IMG/VR virus record: IMGVR_UViG_3300030943_000118
Length of the DNA stretch: 31,625 nt
Direction: 5' to 3' (one strand)
DNA from: a virus
The position numbers and the translations under genes were made by a program. The notes beneath the pieces were generated by a model. That model was given only the letters and a program-made list of their open reading frames with translations. It made no database searches and was not told the DNA's origin. This document shows, piece by piece, positions 8,962 to 17,484 of this stretch. Each line of letters opens with the position of its first letter. Within the stretch, counting starts at the first letter, position 1.

Positions 8962-9161
8962 TGTGTTGCCTCCTTGCGATACTTCGCTTTTGTGCAATTC
9001 ACTTTCATTCGAATTTTCACAACTTCGGGAAGTTTTAATTCGTGTTGCTGTTTATCGAGAATCCCATCTAGTTCAAACATTGCATCTTGATAAGGGCACT
9101 TTTGCTCATATTTGCACTCTTCGCACTCGAAATTAACATCTGTGATAAATGATCCGCTCAT
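8958..9161 (-). CDS. small Cys-rich protein (67 aa, CxxC...C)
   Basis: ATG 9161 with GGAGGGG 5 nt upstream. Confidence 0.5.
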   Translation of the reverse strand: MSGSFITDVNFECEECKYEQKCPYQDAMFELDGILDKQQHELKLPEVVKIRMKVNCTKAKYRKEATQ

Positions 9162-9224
9162 ACCGGCCCCTCCAACATCTTCGCGTCCTCACCGTCTAAA
9201 ATCATCTGCCATACCTTTTCCCTC

Positions 9225-9602
9225 CTAACCAATAACTCTCAGCTCCATGTCTGGATATTCATCCTTCCAGAGTTTTTCCTTCATAATGAAATCTGCTGTC
9301 TTTTTTCCTTTTGAATCTTCTACCCACGGGATCCCGTTGAGCCCCCAAACAATGAAGTCCGGCATGTATCGGATCCCACACTCAAACAAAAAAGATGGCT
9401 GTCGCTTGAATCTCTTGATCTGACCGGCTGCTAGTAACAGTTTCAGATCTCCGTACCTGTTCGCTTCGAGGATGCTTGCAAACCTAATTCCATCTACTAT
9501 GGTTATTTTGTTGTGGTACTTCGGGGATGCGGCCGGCTTGTTTGCAGATATTCCGACCTCTTTGCGATAGTCGGCCATGCTCATGTGCTCGGTTCCGGTC
9601 AT
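9225..9602 (-). CDS. DUF1064-like phage protein (possible nuclease fold)
   Basis: KYHNKITIVDGIRFASILEANRYGDLKLL...DFIVW...YPD matches my recollection of the DUF1064 family; not confirmed by search. Confidence 0.65.
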   Translation of the reverse strand: MTGTEHMSMADYRKEVGISANKPAASPKYHNKITIVDGIRFASILEANRYGDLKLLLAAGQIKRFKRQPSFLFECGIRYMPDFIVWGLNGIPWVEDSKGKKTADFIMKEKLWKDEYPDMELRVIG

Positions 9603-9768
9603 GCTCTGGCCTCGTTCAAATCGGTCAAGGTGTTGAAAAAATCGTTATACGTCTCACTTACTTCAATAGTTGCATCAACTCCATATTCTTTCACTGCACT
9701 TATCATCTGGTTTGATATTTCGGTTCTCATTATTTGAATCATTTCTCGAACAGTATTTTTGTCCATGA
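9599..9768 (-). CDS. hypothetical mini-protein (55 aa)
   Basis: MDKNTVREMIQIMRTEISNQ...; its stop overlaps the next start (ATGA). Not in the ORF track. Confidence 0.4.
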
Positions 9769-9781
9769 TTTATTCCTCCTA

Positions 9782-10039
9782 TCACCACAAATCTTCGCTG
9801 TACAATTCTCCGTGCCGCCCAGAATCCTCTTTAACCTGTCCGCATCTTTCGGCATATATCTTTGCTTGGTGTCGGGTCAAAAACTTACCTTCATCTGTCA
9901 CAAATCCCTGTTCATCTACAAATGGCCTTCTGATGCCCATTTCATGGATTGTCTCAAAACAGTTGCAGTGACGTTTTCCGGTCACGACGATAGATTCTTT
10001 TCCCTCTTGGGTGACCTTAATTGCTGATGCTGTTATCAC
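9782..10039 (-). CDS. hypothetical protein (85 aa)
   Basis: Apparent GTG start 10039 with GGAGG 8 nt upstream. Confidence 0.5.
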   Translation of the reverse strand: MITASAIKVTQEGKESIVVTGKRHCNCFETIHEMGIRRPFVDEQGFVTDEGKFLTRHQAKIYAERCGQVKEDSGRHGELYSEDLW

Positions 10040-10042
10040 TGT

Positions 10043-10672
10043 TTATGCCTCCGGTTCTTCTTCCTTTATGGCCTTTGTCATTTGTTCAAGTGTCCTTCGG
10101 GCTGCCTCGATCTGCAGAAGAGCGGTTTCAACTTCTACCGGGCATTTTCGTTCGAGGCCCTTATCAATTTGCTCCGCCATTTCGTCGGATCTCCAGACGT
10201 GTATGTTGTGCTTGCTTAAAACCGCCTGAATGTCTTTTATAATCTGCTGATAATCCCCGTTTCTTGACAAACGTTCATTTTCTGTTTGCAATCGGCCTAT
10301 TGTCTGCGCCAATTTTGAAGAAAATATGCGCCCGATGCTGTGCTTTTCGGCGGTATCTGCGATATAGTCGTTGATATATTCTTTTTTGTCGTTGTGAAAC
10401 GGGTATCTGTCTGGCTGCATCCGGTACATCAGGATGTACCAGAGGACATCGGGGTCTGGTACCATCTTCCGGTATTCAGCTTTCTTTTTAGTCTGTAGCT
10501 GCTTTGTTTCAGAGTTGTACCAGATAAGGCCCATGCTGTCGGGTATCTCCCGCTTGTCAATCATCTTCGCTGGGCAGACAACATAGAACTCATGGAAGTA
10601 CTGAAGATATAGGTGCATTTTCGAATCCCGCAAAAAATCCCCTCGGCTGATCTTGATTTCATAACCGGTCAT
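10043..10672 (-). CDS. nuclease-like protein (PD-(D/E)xK-type motif GYEIKISRGDF), segment downstream of an in-frame TAA
   Basis: 209-aa ORF with no RBS before its ATG; it is in the same frame as the 35-codon ORF 10718..10825, which has a proper RBS. Family guess (MmcB-like) is from motif recall only. Confidence 0.6.
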   Translation of the reverse strand: MTGYEIKISRGDFLRDSKMHLYLQYFHEFYVVCPAKMIDKREIPDSMGLIWYNSETKQLQTKKKAEYRKMVPDPDVLWYILMYRMQPDRYPFHNDKKEYINDYIADTAEKHSIGRIFSSKLAQTIGRLQTENERLSRNGDYQQIIKDIQAVLSKHNIHVWRSDEMAEQIDKGLERKCPVEVETALLQIEAARRTLEQMTKAIKEEEPEA

Positions 10673-10714
10673 TGTTTGATGCGCCCAGCTTTTATTTATA
10701 GCTACAGCATCTAC

Positions 10715-10825
10715 TTATAACATTCCGGTTTGTGTCGGGCCGTTCTTTACCTCAGCCATGAAAAAATCATGAAAATGCCGGTCGGCCAGCGCCTGCTTGA
10801 TTTGTCCTGATGTGACCTCGCTCAT
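10715..10825 (-). pseudogene. 5' segment of the same nuclease-like gene, ending in an in-frame TAA at 10715..10717
   Basis: ATG 10825 with GGGGGT 8 nt upstream, 15 nt after the SSB stop; MSEVTSGQIKQALADRHFHDFFMAEVKNGPTQTGML-stop, then VDAVAINKSWAHQT-MTGYEIK... continues in frame. Confidence 0.4.
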
Positions 10826-10839
10826 ATACTTATTACCCC

Positions 10840-11247
10840 CTACAAGTCAAATGGAAGAGTCGTATCATCATCCATAACCGGGTAGACTCCATTGTCTACT
10901 GTTGGCGCGACGGGTCTCGGTGCTGACTGCTCTTTTGCTTTTCCATTGCAAAACTCAAACGATTCAACAACCAAATCAGTGACGTAAACCTTGCCACCGT
11001 CCTTGTCGTACGATCTTGTCTGCAGATCGCCCTCGACCATGATTTTGTCGCCCTTAGCAAAATACTGTGCGATCAGTTCAGCGGTCTTTCTCCATGCGGT
11101 ACAGGTAAACCAATCCGTCTGCTTCTCTCCGCTTGCGTCCTTAAATTTGCGGGTACAGGCAATGTTGAATGAGCAAAACGGGATCTGTGACGCTGTTGTC
11201 TTGAGTTCAATATCTTTTCCGATCGTTCCGATTCCGTAAAATTTCAT
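10840..11247 (-). CDS. ssb: single-stranded DNA-binding protein
   Basis: OB-fold-like core (WFTCTAWRK...GDKIMVEGDLQTRSYDKDGGKVYVTDLVVESFEF) and an acidic C-terminal tail ending DDDTTLPFDL. Confidence 0.85.
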   Translation of the reverse strand: MKFYGIGTIGKDIELKTTASQIPFCSFNIACTRKFKDASGEKQTDWFTCTAWRKTAELIAQYFAKGDKIMVEGDLQTRSYDKDGGKVYVTDLVVESFEFCNGKAKEQSAPRPVAPTVDNGVYPVMDDDTTLPFDL

Positions 11248-11257
11248 AAAATCCTCC

Positions 11258-11473
11258 TTAATATTCTGCTGCTGTTCCTTTTTGAGCGTCTTTATCCATC
11301 AGTTCCTTGAGCCATTCACTTTCGATATCCGGCTTGAATCTTGATTTGTCTTTGTCCCTGTTGGGTCTGTCCTTGCAATCGGCGCAGTTTGTGTATCTTA
11401 TCTCGCTTAGAATCAGATATCGGCCATCCATGCAACCGGCGCACTTTGTCCCCTTTAACCGACCGTCAATCAT
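11258..11473 (-). CDS. small zinc-finger protein (71 aa, CxxC...CxxC)
   Basis: Start overlaps the 3' end of the upstream ATPase gene. Confidence 0.5.
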   Translation of the reverse strand: MIDGRLKGTKCAGCMDGRYLILSEIRYTNCADCKDRPNRDKDKSRFKPDIESEWLKELMDKDAQKGTAAEY

Positions 11474-12380
11474 TTATTAAGTCCCTCCATGCGTACCGAA
11501 TCTCCTGACCGTCGCAGGACATCTGTTTGCTTTGTCTGTCAAAAAACAGATCGGCCATTTTGTCCATCACTCCCAGATCCCTGTTTTTGGCAACCTCTAA
11601 AATATTGCTGCACTGTAACAACGTGTGATCTTCGGGCCAGCGAAACAATGTTTTTGCGCATCTCTTAAAATCACTGCTCACTCTGTGAAGTAAAAATACA
11701 TTGTCTGCAGCATTGGTAAGATCAGCGGTGCCGGATATGTCGTCAATTCTCAAGATCCCCGATTCCGTTTTTCGAGGATGAGCAACAAGAACGATATGAA
11801 CATTTGTTTCTTCTGCAAACTTTTTCAAATTCCAAATAAACTCTGTCTGTTTCGCGTTTCGGTTTGCGTCCGATGCTCCAATGTCTATGCTCATCAGATT
11901 ATCCAGGATGATCACATCAACGCCCTTTACCTCCACGCAGTGCCGCAACATCCCAAAAAGTACATCTAGCTGATTCCCGTAATTGTTGTTGTAAACAAAC
12001 ATCCGCTGATCCAGCCACTGTTTGATCGGAGTCACAACCTCCTGCATTACTTTGAAGTAGTTTTCGTGTTTTGTTGCCAGGGTGTAAGATCTTCCTGCGG
12101 CTAACAGGTATGTCCATTCAAAAACCCTTGACTCGTTCATCTCTCCGGAAAACAGAGCCACCTTTTTATTTTCCTGTACTACCTGCAAAGCTATCTGCGT
12201 TAAGATTGTTGACTTGCCTGCTGCGCGAAATCCAGAGAATACAGACATTTCTTTTTTGTTCAGCCCAATGATCCACTTATCAATCAACCAGATGCCTGTT
12301 TTTATTGACACGATCTGGCTTCGGTCTTTGGGCTTTGCGGTCATGCTTGTAAAAAACCACTTGCCTTTATCCTCGTTCAC
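11466..12380 (-). CDS. DnaB-like replicative helicase / RecA-fold ATPase
   Basis: Walker A GFRAAGKST, Walker B VIILDNL; 304 aa; sits between the replisome organiser and SSB. Confidence 0.65.
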   Translation of the reverse strand: MNEDKGKWFFTSMTAKPKDRSQIVSIKTGIWLIDKWIIGLNKKEMSVFSGFRAAGKSTILTQIALQVVQENKKVALFSGEMNESRVFEWTYLLAAGRSYTLATKHENYFKVMQEVVTPIKQWLDQRMFVYNNNYGNQLDVLFGMLRHCVEVKGVDVIILDNLMSIDIGASDANRNAKQTEFIWNLKKFAEETNVHIVLVAHPRKTESGILRIDDISGTADLTNAADNVFLLHRVSSDFKRCAKTLFRWPEDHTLLQCSNILEVAKNRDLGVMDKMADLFFDRQSKQMSCDGQEIRYAWRDLIND

Positions 12381-13072
12381 AAATCAAAGCCCCCTCCTGC
12401 ATTTTTTATCGGTCCTGCCTTTTTTCCACCGCCTTGGTTCAGATACCCCTCAAACTTATTTGAAAACAGTGTTTCCGGTCTCAGGTACTTTTGCATGTCG
12501 GTTCCAGACCATTCAGCAACCTTGACATCGATAACCGTGTAAAAGCTTTCGAGGGTAAATTTTTCATTCATTCTCGCTTTTATCAGGTCTTTGGTTTTTT
12601 GAGAGGTATGCATATAAGATGTTCCGGCTTTCAAGTTTAAGTAATCAACAATGGTTCTGTATGGCAGTCTTTCCTCTCTCTCTTCACTCTCTTTCTTATC
12701 TATAGTTTCAGTTTCAGTTTCAGTTTCCATATGTTGAACATATGATTTACATGTGTTTAACATATCTTTATCATGTGTACCCTTTTTACTTGCTCTGTTC
12801 TCGCTTCTGCTCTCCGAATAGGCAATTCTTCTGTTTGACTCCTTTTCGAGCTTGATGTTGAAGTACAGCCCGTTTTCATCAATTTTGAAATGTTTGTAAA
12901 TGTCTTTATCATATGATTTACACATCTTCAACATATCTTCTTCTGATAATCGCCCGTTTTGATGCTCGTAACACATGATCCTTATGTACTTTCCGACCTG
13001 TTCGTCCGTCATTAACATCGTTCCAGACAAAAAGTCAGAAGTATAAAATAGAAATGCAGGATCTTTTGCCAT
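12377..13072 (-). CDS. replication initiation protein (replisome organiser, DnaD-like C-terminal region)
   Basis: 231 aa; C-terminal LPYRTIVDYLNLKAGTSYMHTSQKTKDLIKARMNEKFTLESFYTVIDVKVAEWSG resembles the conserved C-terminus of phage replisome organisers (from memory); contains internal DNA and protein repeats. Confidence 0.6.
   Translation of the reverse strand: MAKDPAFLFYTSDFLSGTMLMTDEQVGKYIRIMCYEHQNGRLSEEDMLKMCKSYDKDIYKHFKIDENGLYFNIKLEKESNRRIAYSESRSENRASKKGTHDKDMLNTCKSYVQHMETETETETIDKKESEEREERLPYRTIVDYLNLKAGTSYMHTSQKTKDLIKARMNEKFTLESFYTVIDVKVAEWSGTDMQKYLRPETLFSNKFEGYLNQGGGKKAGPIKNAGGGFDL
12705..12947. repeat. iteron-like repeats inside the replisome organiser gene; candidate origin of replication
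   Basis: Seen in sequence: four tandem GTTTCA/GTTTCC hexamers (12705..12728); 13-mer CATATGATTTACA at 12739 and 12910; 10-mer AACATATCTT at 12759 and 12930; both pairs spaced 171 bp, AT-rich. Confidence 0.4.
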
Positions 13073-13606
13073 TTAATTACCTCCCTTCCAGGATGCATTC
13101 ATCCTGTTTATTTCTTCCGGCGTCATGGTCTCTATTCCGATTTCCTTAGCCTCTGATACAACGCCATTGATCAGCGTTGCCATTTGCTTACTGTCGTATA
13201 AACTTGACCCAAAATAGTAAAGTAGCTGTGTTCCCTCCCCGTTCTTTGTCTGCCCTACTTCCTCTGTCAATTTGTAAAGTTGCTTGAACATTTCAACCGC
13301 TTCGTTCTTGACAACAACATAGGTATATCTGCCGTAATCCTTGAGCGCTTTCAAATACAGTTCGTCTTTTGTCGTGTTCAGCACTTCCGCCATTTTCCCG
13401 AGTAGCGCCCACAAATACCCGTTGCTGTCCAGACTTCTTCGCTCCCTGTGTACCTTTATCTCGCAGTCAAGCGCCTTGCCCTTATCCGTTGCTGTCTTGA
13501 GTTCTTCAAGCGATTCAAGGCCGTCTCGCGACTTGAGCGTGATGATAATTTCCGGCTTCATGCCGGCGTTGAATTGTAGGCGAATTTGGCTTGCTTGCGA
13601 TTTCAA
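13073..13606 (-). CDS. hypothetical protein (177 aa), replication/recombination module
   Basis: Tightly packed ORF; no family recognised. Confidence 0.6.
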   Translation of the reverse strand: MKSQASQIRLQFNAGMKPEIIITLKSRDGLESLEELKTATDKGKALDCEIKVHRERRSLDSNGYLWALLGKMAEVLNTTKDELYLKALKDYGRYTYVVVKNEAVEMFKQLYKLTEEVGQTKNGEGTQLLYYFGSSLYDSKQMATLINGVVSEAKEIGIETMTPEEINRMNASWKGGN

Positions 13607-13854
13607 AGATACGACCTCCCAAACTCTTTAATAAAATCATTCCGGCTTCCACGATTCAGTTCATACTCTGTTTGACACATCGCCTTGCACTTGTTCCAAA
13701 ACTCATAATCCTGATGTATGTTCATGTGGCATTCGTGACAGAGGTCAAGCATGTAGTTGTACTTTTCAGATCGCCTTTTATTTGCCGCGTTGAAAATGTG
13801 ATGCCTATCTGTTGCCGTTCTTCCGCAACCCTTGCAGGCTGTCCACTCTTTCAC
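13603..13854 (-). CDS. small HNH-fold zinc-binding protein (putative nuclease)
   Basis: CKGCG...DRHHIFNAANKRR...YNY...LCHECHMNIH fits the CxxC / HH / N / CxxCH pattern of HNH nucleases. Confidence 0.5.
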   Translation of the reverse strand: MKEWTACKGCGRTATDRHHIFNAANKRRSEKYNYMLDLCHECHMNIHQDYEFWNKCKAMCQTEYELNRGSRNDFIKEFGRSYL

Positions 13855-14600
13855 CTTAAGACCGGCGGCACTTCCATTTTCTGCGCCATGTCCTTAAGCT
13901 GGTCGATGTTCAAATCAGTGAGTTTTTTGACTTTTGCATCGAGCTTGTTGTATGCCGTGAGTGCGGTGGAGTAGATGTCATAGCAGAATCCATCTGCAGA
14001 TCCTTTGTCCTTGCCTATGGCGTCGGGATAGAGCAGGTGACCGATATGATTGATAATCTTCTGCTTATCGTCTACGGGAGGCGAGGGAGGCACCGGCGGC
14101 ACTACAGGCGTGATTGTCGCGGTCTGCGGCTTAGGCGTTGTCTTTGGTTTGGTTTCTTCAGGTGTTCCTGCGTCGGGATCCGGCATTTCTTCTGTCGGTA
14201 TGCAAAACACCTGAAATAGTGCGTACTTAAACGCGATTGCCATTGCCTTGTTGCTGCCCTTGTCTCCGGTGTCGTCTGATTCTCCAACCGTTACCGCCTC
14301 AACAAAAGATCCGTCATCGGCATAAAAAGCGAATTTAATTTTGAAGATTGACAGATGCGAGACACCGCCGTTCTTTGTCTCTCTGTCGCTCCTGTTCTGC
14401 TCTAAAACAGAGGGAACAACAAAGACGTGATACTTTGCCAGCATCGGCTGCAATGCGTTCATAACGTCGTCAATACCCCTGTACATGAACCCTTGCTGTA
14501 CATTCTTCTTGCCTTTTGCGACTGCTCCGATTTCGCCAATGATCGAGCATATAGCCGCGTAGATTTTCGGTTCATAAACTTTCAGTGTTTCGGTGCTCAT
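13851..14600 (-). CDS. erf: ERF-family single-strand annealing recombinase
   Basis: YRGIDDVMNALQPMLAKYHVFVVP...GDKGSNKAMAIAFKYALFQVFCIP matches the ERF core as I recall it; Pro-rich linker and C-terminal tail. Confidence 0.7.
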   Translation of the reverse strand: MSTETLKVYEPKIYAAICSIIGEIGAVAKGKKNVQQGFMYRGIDDVMNALQPMLAKYHVFVVPSVLEQNRSDRETKNGGVSHLSIFKIKFAFYADDGSFVEAVTVGESDDTGDKGSNKAMAIAFKYALFQVFCIPTEEMPDPDAGTPEETKPKTTPKPQTATITPVVPPVPPSPPVDDKQKIINHIGHLLYPDAIGKDKGSADGFCYDIYSTALTAYNKLDAKVKKLTDLNIDQLKDMAQKMEVPPVLR

Positions 14601-14602
14601 TT

Positions 14603-15763
14603 TCAGCCCTCCTTGATTTCTCGGTAGCTATATCCCATCTGGTTCAGCATCTCGATTAATGCTTCAATTCTTTCAACCGTGTCCGTGATTGCAATTCTGA
14701 TTGTGCCATTACCCGCCGGTGTTGCCCGTTCATTGACTTCCTCCGGTCCCGGTTCAAAGGCAGGAAAATCAAAATCGTCAGGTGAGAAGTCAGGCGTAGC
14801 AAAGTTATCAATCGGGGGTTCAGGCAGATACTTGAGGAAAGGAATAACGCGAGTAGGCACATCTTCAATGGTTCCGAATCCGACAATCTGCGCTTCCTGT
14901 ATTCCGCTTCTTGTTTCAACGTCTAAAACTTGCCCCGCAAAGTATTCAAATCCATCAGGGATAAGATAGGAATATTTCTGTCCGTCAAATCCTCCCTCAG
15001 GATGTCCGCTCTTGTAATTTACAAATGCTATTTTCTGTAGGGTCGATTCAGCAACGGATTTCGACTCAACCACGGGTTCCGGTATCACTTCGGGTACCGG
15101 CTTGTACACCTGCTTCTGCGCCTCGATCTGCGCTCTCTGCATCTCGATAGCCTTGTGCTTTGCCGCGACGCTTGTAATCGCCTGTGAGGCGTTCAGCGTG
15201 GGTATGTACTCAACAAGGATCTCTGCTTGATTTTCCTGCGTCTTGAACATTTCGAGTTCATCGGCGACCTTGTCGATAAATGCGGCACATTGTTTCTTGA
15301 GCGTCTCGACGTTCGCGGTTTTGGTTATATTCAGCCCGATACGCTCAAATGTTAAGAAGTCAATATTTGGGTAGTTCTCGAGAAAGCCGTCAAAGAATGC
15401 GCGGATGTCTGTCTCTTTGAATGCCTTGATTGCATCCTCGACCGTATCAATCTTTACCTTCAATTGACCGTCGGCATCATCATAAATGTCGGTTATGCAG
15501 GTCTTATAAACCTTGAGGAATTCCTCATATGCTGCCATGTACTTGTTTTTCAGTTCCATGCGCTGCGCTTCAAAGGCTTTCTTCTCGTTGTTGAGGTCGG
15601 CCCGTGCCGCCTTGACGATCTTGACCGTTTCATCGGTGCAGATCATTGACAGGTATTCGGCGACCTTTTTCTGGATCTCTGCCGATTTCGTTTTCAGGTG
15701 CTGCGTAATAATTGGAAGCTGTTCAAGCGTGATCAGTTCGTTAGATGTTTTTTTGGTTGCCAT
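14603..15763 (-). CDS. hypothetical protein (386 aa), recombinase-associated (possibly DUF1351-like)
   Basis: ATG 15763 with GGAGGGG 7 nt upstream; immediately upstream of ERF. Family guess is low confidence. Confidence 0.7.
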   Translation of the reverse strand: MATKKTSNELITLEQLPIITQHLKTKSAEIQKKVAEYLSMICTDETVKIVKAARADLNNEKKAFEAQRMELKNKYMAAYEEFLKVYKTCITDIYDDADGQLKVKIDTVEDAIKAFKETDIRAFFDGFLENYPNIDFLTFERIGLNITKTANVETLKKQCAAFIDKVADELEMFKTQENQAEILVEYIPTLNASQAITSVAAKHKAIEMQRAQIEAQKQVYKPVPEVIPEPVVESKSVAESTLQKIAFVNYKSGHPEGGFDGQKYSYLIPDGFEYFAGQVLDVETRSGIQEAQIVGFGTIEDVPTRVIPFLKYLPEPPIDNFATPDFSPDDFDFPAFEPGPEEVNERATPAGNGTIRIAITDTVERIEALIEMLNQMGYSYREIKEG

Positions 15764-15961
15764 TTAGTTCCCCTCCACTTTGAAATTATCGACGCAGTCA
15801 GCGCAGAACACGCAGCCGCATATCTCGTATCTGGTTTCACCCGTGATGTCTTCGCTGCACTCGTCACATATAATCTTCGGTTCTTCTTTGGGTTCCGGAG
15901 GATCAAGGTATTTATCCTCTGCCCTATCCAACGCGGCCTGTTGTGCGTAATCGTTGTACAT
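15764..15961 (-). CDS. small Cys-rich zinc-binding protein (65 aa)
   Basis: IICDECSEDITGETRYEICGCVFCADCVDNF; GAGGG RBS; directly downstream of the pentapeptide-repeat gene. Confidence 0.5.
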   Translation of the reverse strand: MYNDYAQQAALDRAEDKYLDPPEPKEEPKIICDECSEDITGETRYEICGCVFCADCVDNFKVEGN

Positions 15962-15976
15962 TTTGATTTCCCTCTA

Positions 15977-16741
15977 TTAGTTGTAGTTTTCTGCCTCTTT
16001 CCGTGTAATGAAAAAGTGAATCCCGGTAGAACATTCAATCCATCTATCCTCGTCGAAGTTATCAACACGGACGGTCTCGCCTTTGCGGTAAACAAAACTC
16101 TTGTCATATCCAGAAACCGCTTCATCCGCTCCGATTATTTCGAGCACTACGGCTTCTGAACATCTGCATTTTCGGGTAGTTGCAGAAGATCTCTTTCCGG
16201 TGACCAATAGCTTGACGATCACACCAGATTTTCGAGAATCGTTTCCGTCTCTGGCTGTTTTCCAAGCTATAAAATCGCCTTCTTCGGGGCAGGATAGAGC
16301 GAAAAACGCAGTTGTTTCGTTGTATTCTGCGCGGCTGAGGTCTGCGCTCCTGAGGTCTGCGCGGCTGAGGTTTGCGCGGCTGAGGTCTGCGCTCCTGAGG
16401 TCTGCGCGGCTGAGGTCTGCGCCACTGAGGTCTGCGCGGCTGAGGTCTGCGCTCCTGAGGTCTGCGCGGCTGAGGTTTGCGCGGCTGAGGTCTGCGCGGC
16501 TGAGGTCTGCGCCACTGAGGTTTGCGCGGCTGAGGTCTGCGCGGCTGAGGTCTGCGCTCCTGAGGTCTGCGCGGCTGAGGTCTGCGCTCCTGAGGTCTGC
16601 GCGGCTGAGGTCTGCGCTCCTGAGGTCTGCGAGGCTGAGGTCTGCGCCACTGAGGTTTGCGCGCCTACCGCCGCGATCGTATAGCCATTCTGTATGCAGT
16701 TTTAAAATCTCTTTTAGTTCGTCTGCTGTGTATGTTTTCAA
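15977..16741 (-). CDS. pentapeptide-repeat protein (about 24 A(D/N)LSx units) with an uncharacterised C-terminal domain of about 110 aa
   Basis: ANLSGADLSLADLRSADLSRADLRSADLSRADL... with strict 5-residue period; apparent TTG start with GGAGGG 7 nt upstream. Confidence 0.8.
   Translation of the reverse strand: MKTYTADELKEILKLHTEWLYDRGGRRANLSGADLSLADLRSADLSRADLRSADLSRADLRSADLSRADLSRANLSGADLSRADLSRANLSRADLRSADLSRADLSGADLSRADLRSADLSRANLSRADLRSADLSRAEYNETTAFFALSCPEEGDFIAWKTARDGNDSRKSGVIVKLLVTGKRSSATTRKCRCSEAVVLEIIGADEAVSGYDKSFVYRKGETVRVDNFDEDRWIECSTGIHFFITRKEAENYN
16322..16665. repeat. about 23 tandem near-identical 15-bp units (ctgaggtctgcgcgg and variants) encoding the pentapeptide repeats
   Basis: Seen directly in the sequence; the variants differ at one or two positions. 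Confidence 0.9.
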
Positions 16742-16803
16742 GGTGTTTCCCTCCGTGTTATAATTGTGGTGTCAGTAATTCCCTTTAGCCGTTTGAGTAG
16801 TAA

Positions 16804-17049
16804 TCAGACGGCTTTTTCTTTGGCCTCTTTGTTGGCTTTGAATGCCTCTCTGATTTCGTTTAAACGCGGCTGAAATCTGTTGATCGATGATTCGATGCGC
16901 CCGATGCGATAATCAAGATCGGGAAAACCGTGTTTAGTATTGTCATTTTTGAGATTGATCGTGCGCTGCTTCCCGTCATTCAAAAAAATTAAAGCTATGT
17001 CGAGATCAGCCATTTCGCTTGTCATTGCTAGTATTTCTTCTTCGCTCAT
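16804..17049 (-). CDS. hypothetical protein (81 aa)
   Basis: ATG 17049 with GGAAGGAGA RBS. Confidence 0.55.
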   Translation of the reverse strand: MSEEEILAMTSEMADLDIALIFLNDGKQRTINLKNDNTKHGFPDLDYRIGRIESSINRFQPRLNEIREAFKANKEAKEKAV

Positions 17050-17067
17050 TTGCTTGTCTCCTTCCTT

Positions 17068-17223
17068 TCAAAATCCGTGAAACATCGGGCTAAAGTCGTT
17101 CTCCGGCTTGATCGGGGTACTAATCGATGCGCTCCGGTTTGGTAAAACTTTCAGCCTGTTCTCATAGGCTTTATGGCGACGGTTTGTCAAAAGGATTGTG
17201 ATGATCTGACGGATGATACTCAT
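17068..17223 (-). CDS. hypothetical mini-protein (51 aa)
   Basis: ATG 17223 with AAAGGAGG 8 nt upstream; two further mini-ORFs (17230..17340, 17343..17483) sit upstream. Not in the ORF track. Confidence 0.3.
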   Translation of the reverse strand: MSIIRQIITILLTNRRHKAYENRLKVLPNRSASISTPIKPENDFSPMFHGF

Positions 17224-17484
17224 GTCTGATTACCTCCTTTTCCGTTGATAAAAGAACTTCCCGATATCGTCTGTCTTGATCCCCAGTGTGTCGGCAACCC
17301 CCAGAACAATTTCGAGTTCGAATAGACTTATCTGCTGCATCTCTACCCCTCCATTTCGAATAATGATATCTGCCTTGCTCCCTGCTCCTGATAGCAAATC
17401 TCCATGAGCCGCTTATGTCGCTCTGCCTCCGGCATACCGTCCTTATTTATCACCAGATCTATAAACTCAAAATCAATGTCCATT

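Noticed and set aside
16322-16665. Possible CRISPR array
   Set aside because: The repeats are contiguous 15-bp units with no spacers, they sit in frame within a coding sequence, and no cas genes are present.
16101-16763. Plus-strand 220-aa ORF and minus-strand 127-aa ORF (16267..16650) of low-complexity repeats
   Set aside because: These are alternative-frame translations of the 15-bp tandem repeat; the in-frame pentapeptide-repeat reading with an RBS is the coherent gene.
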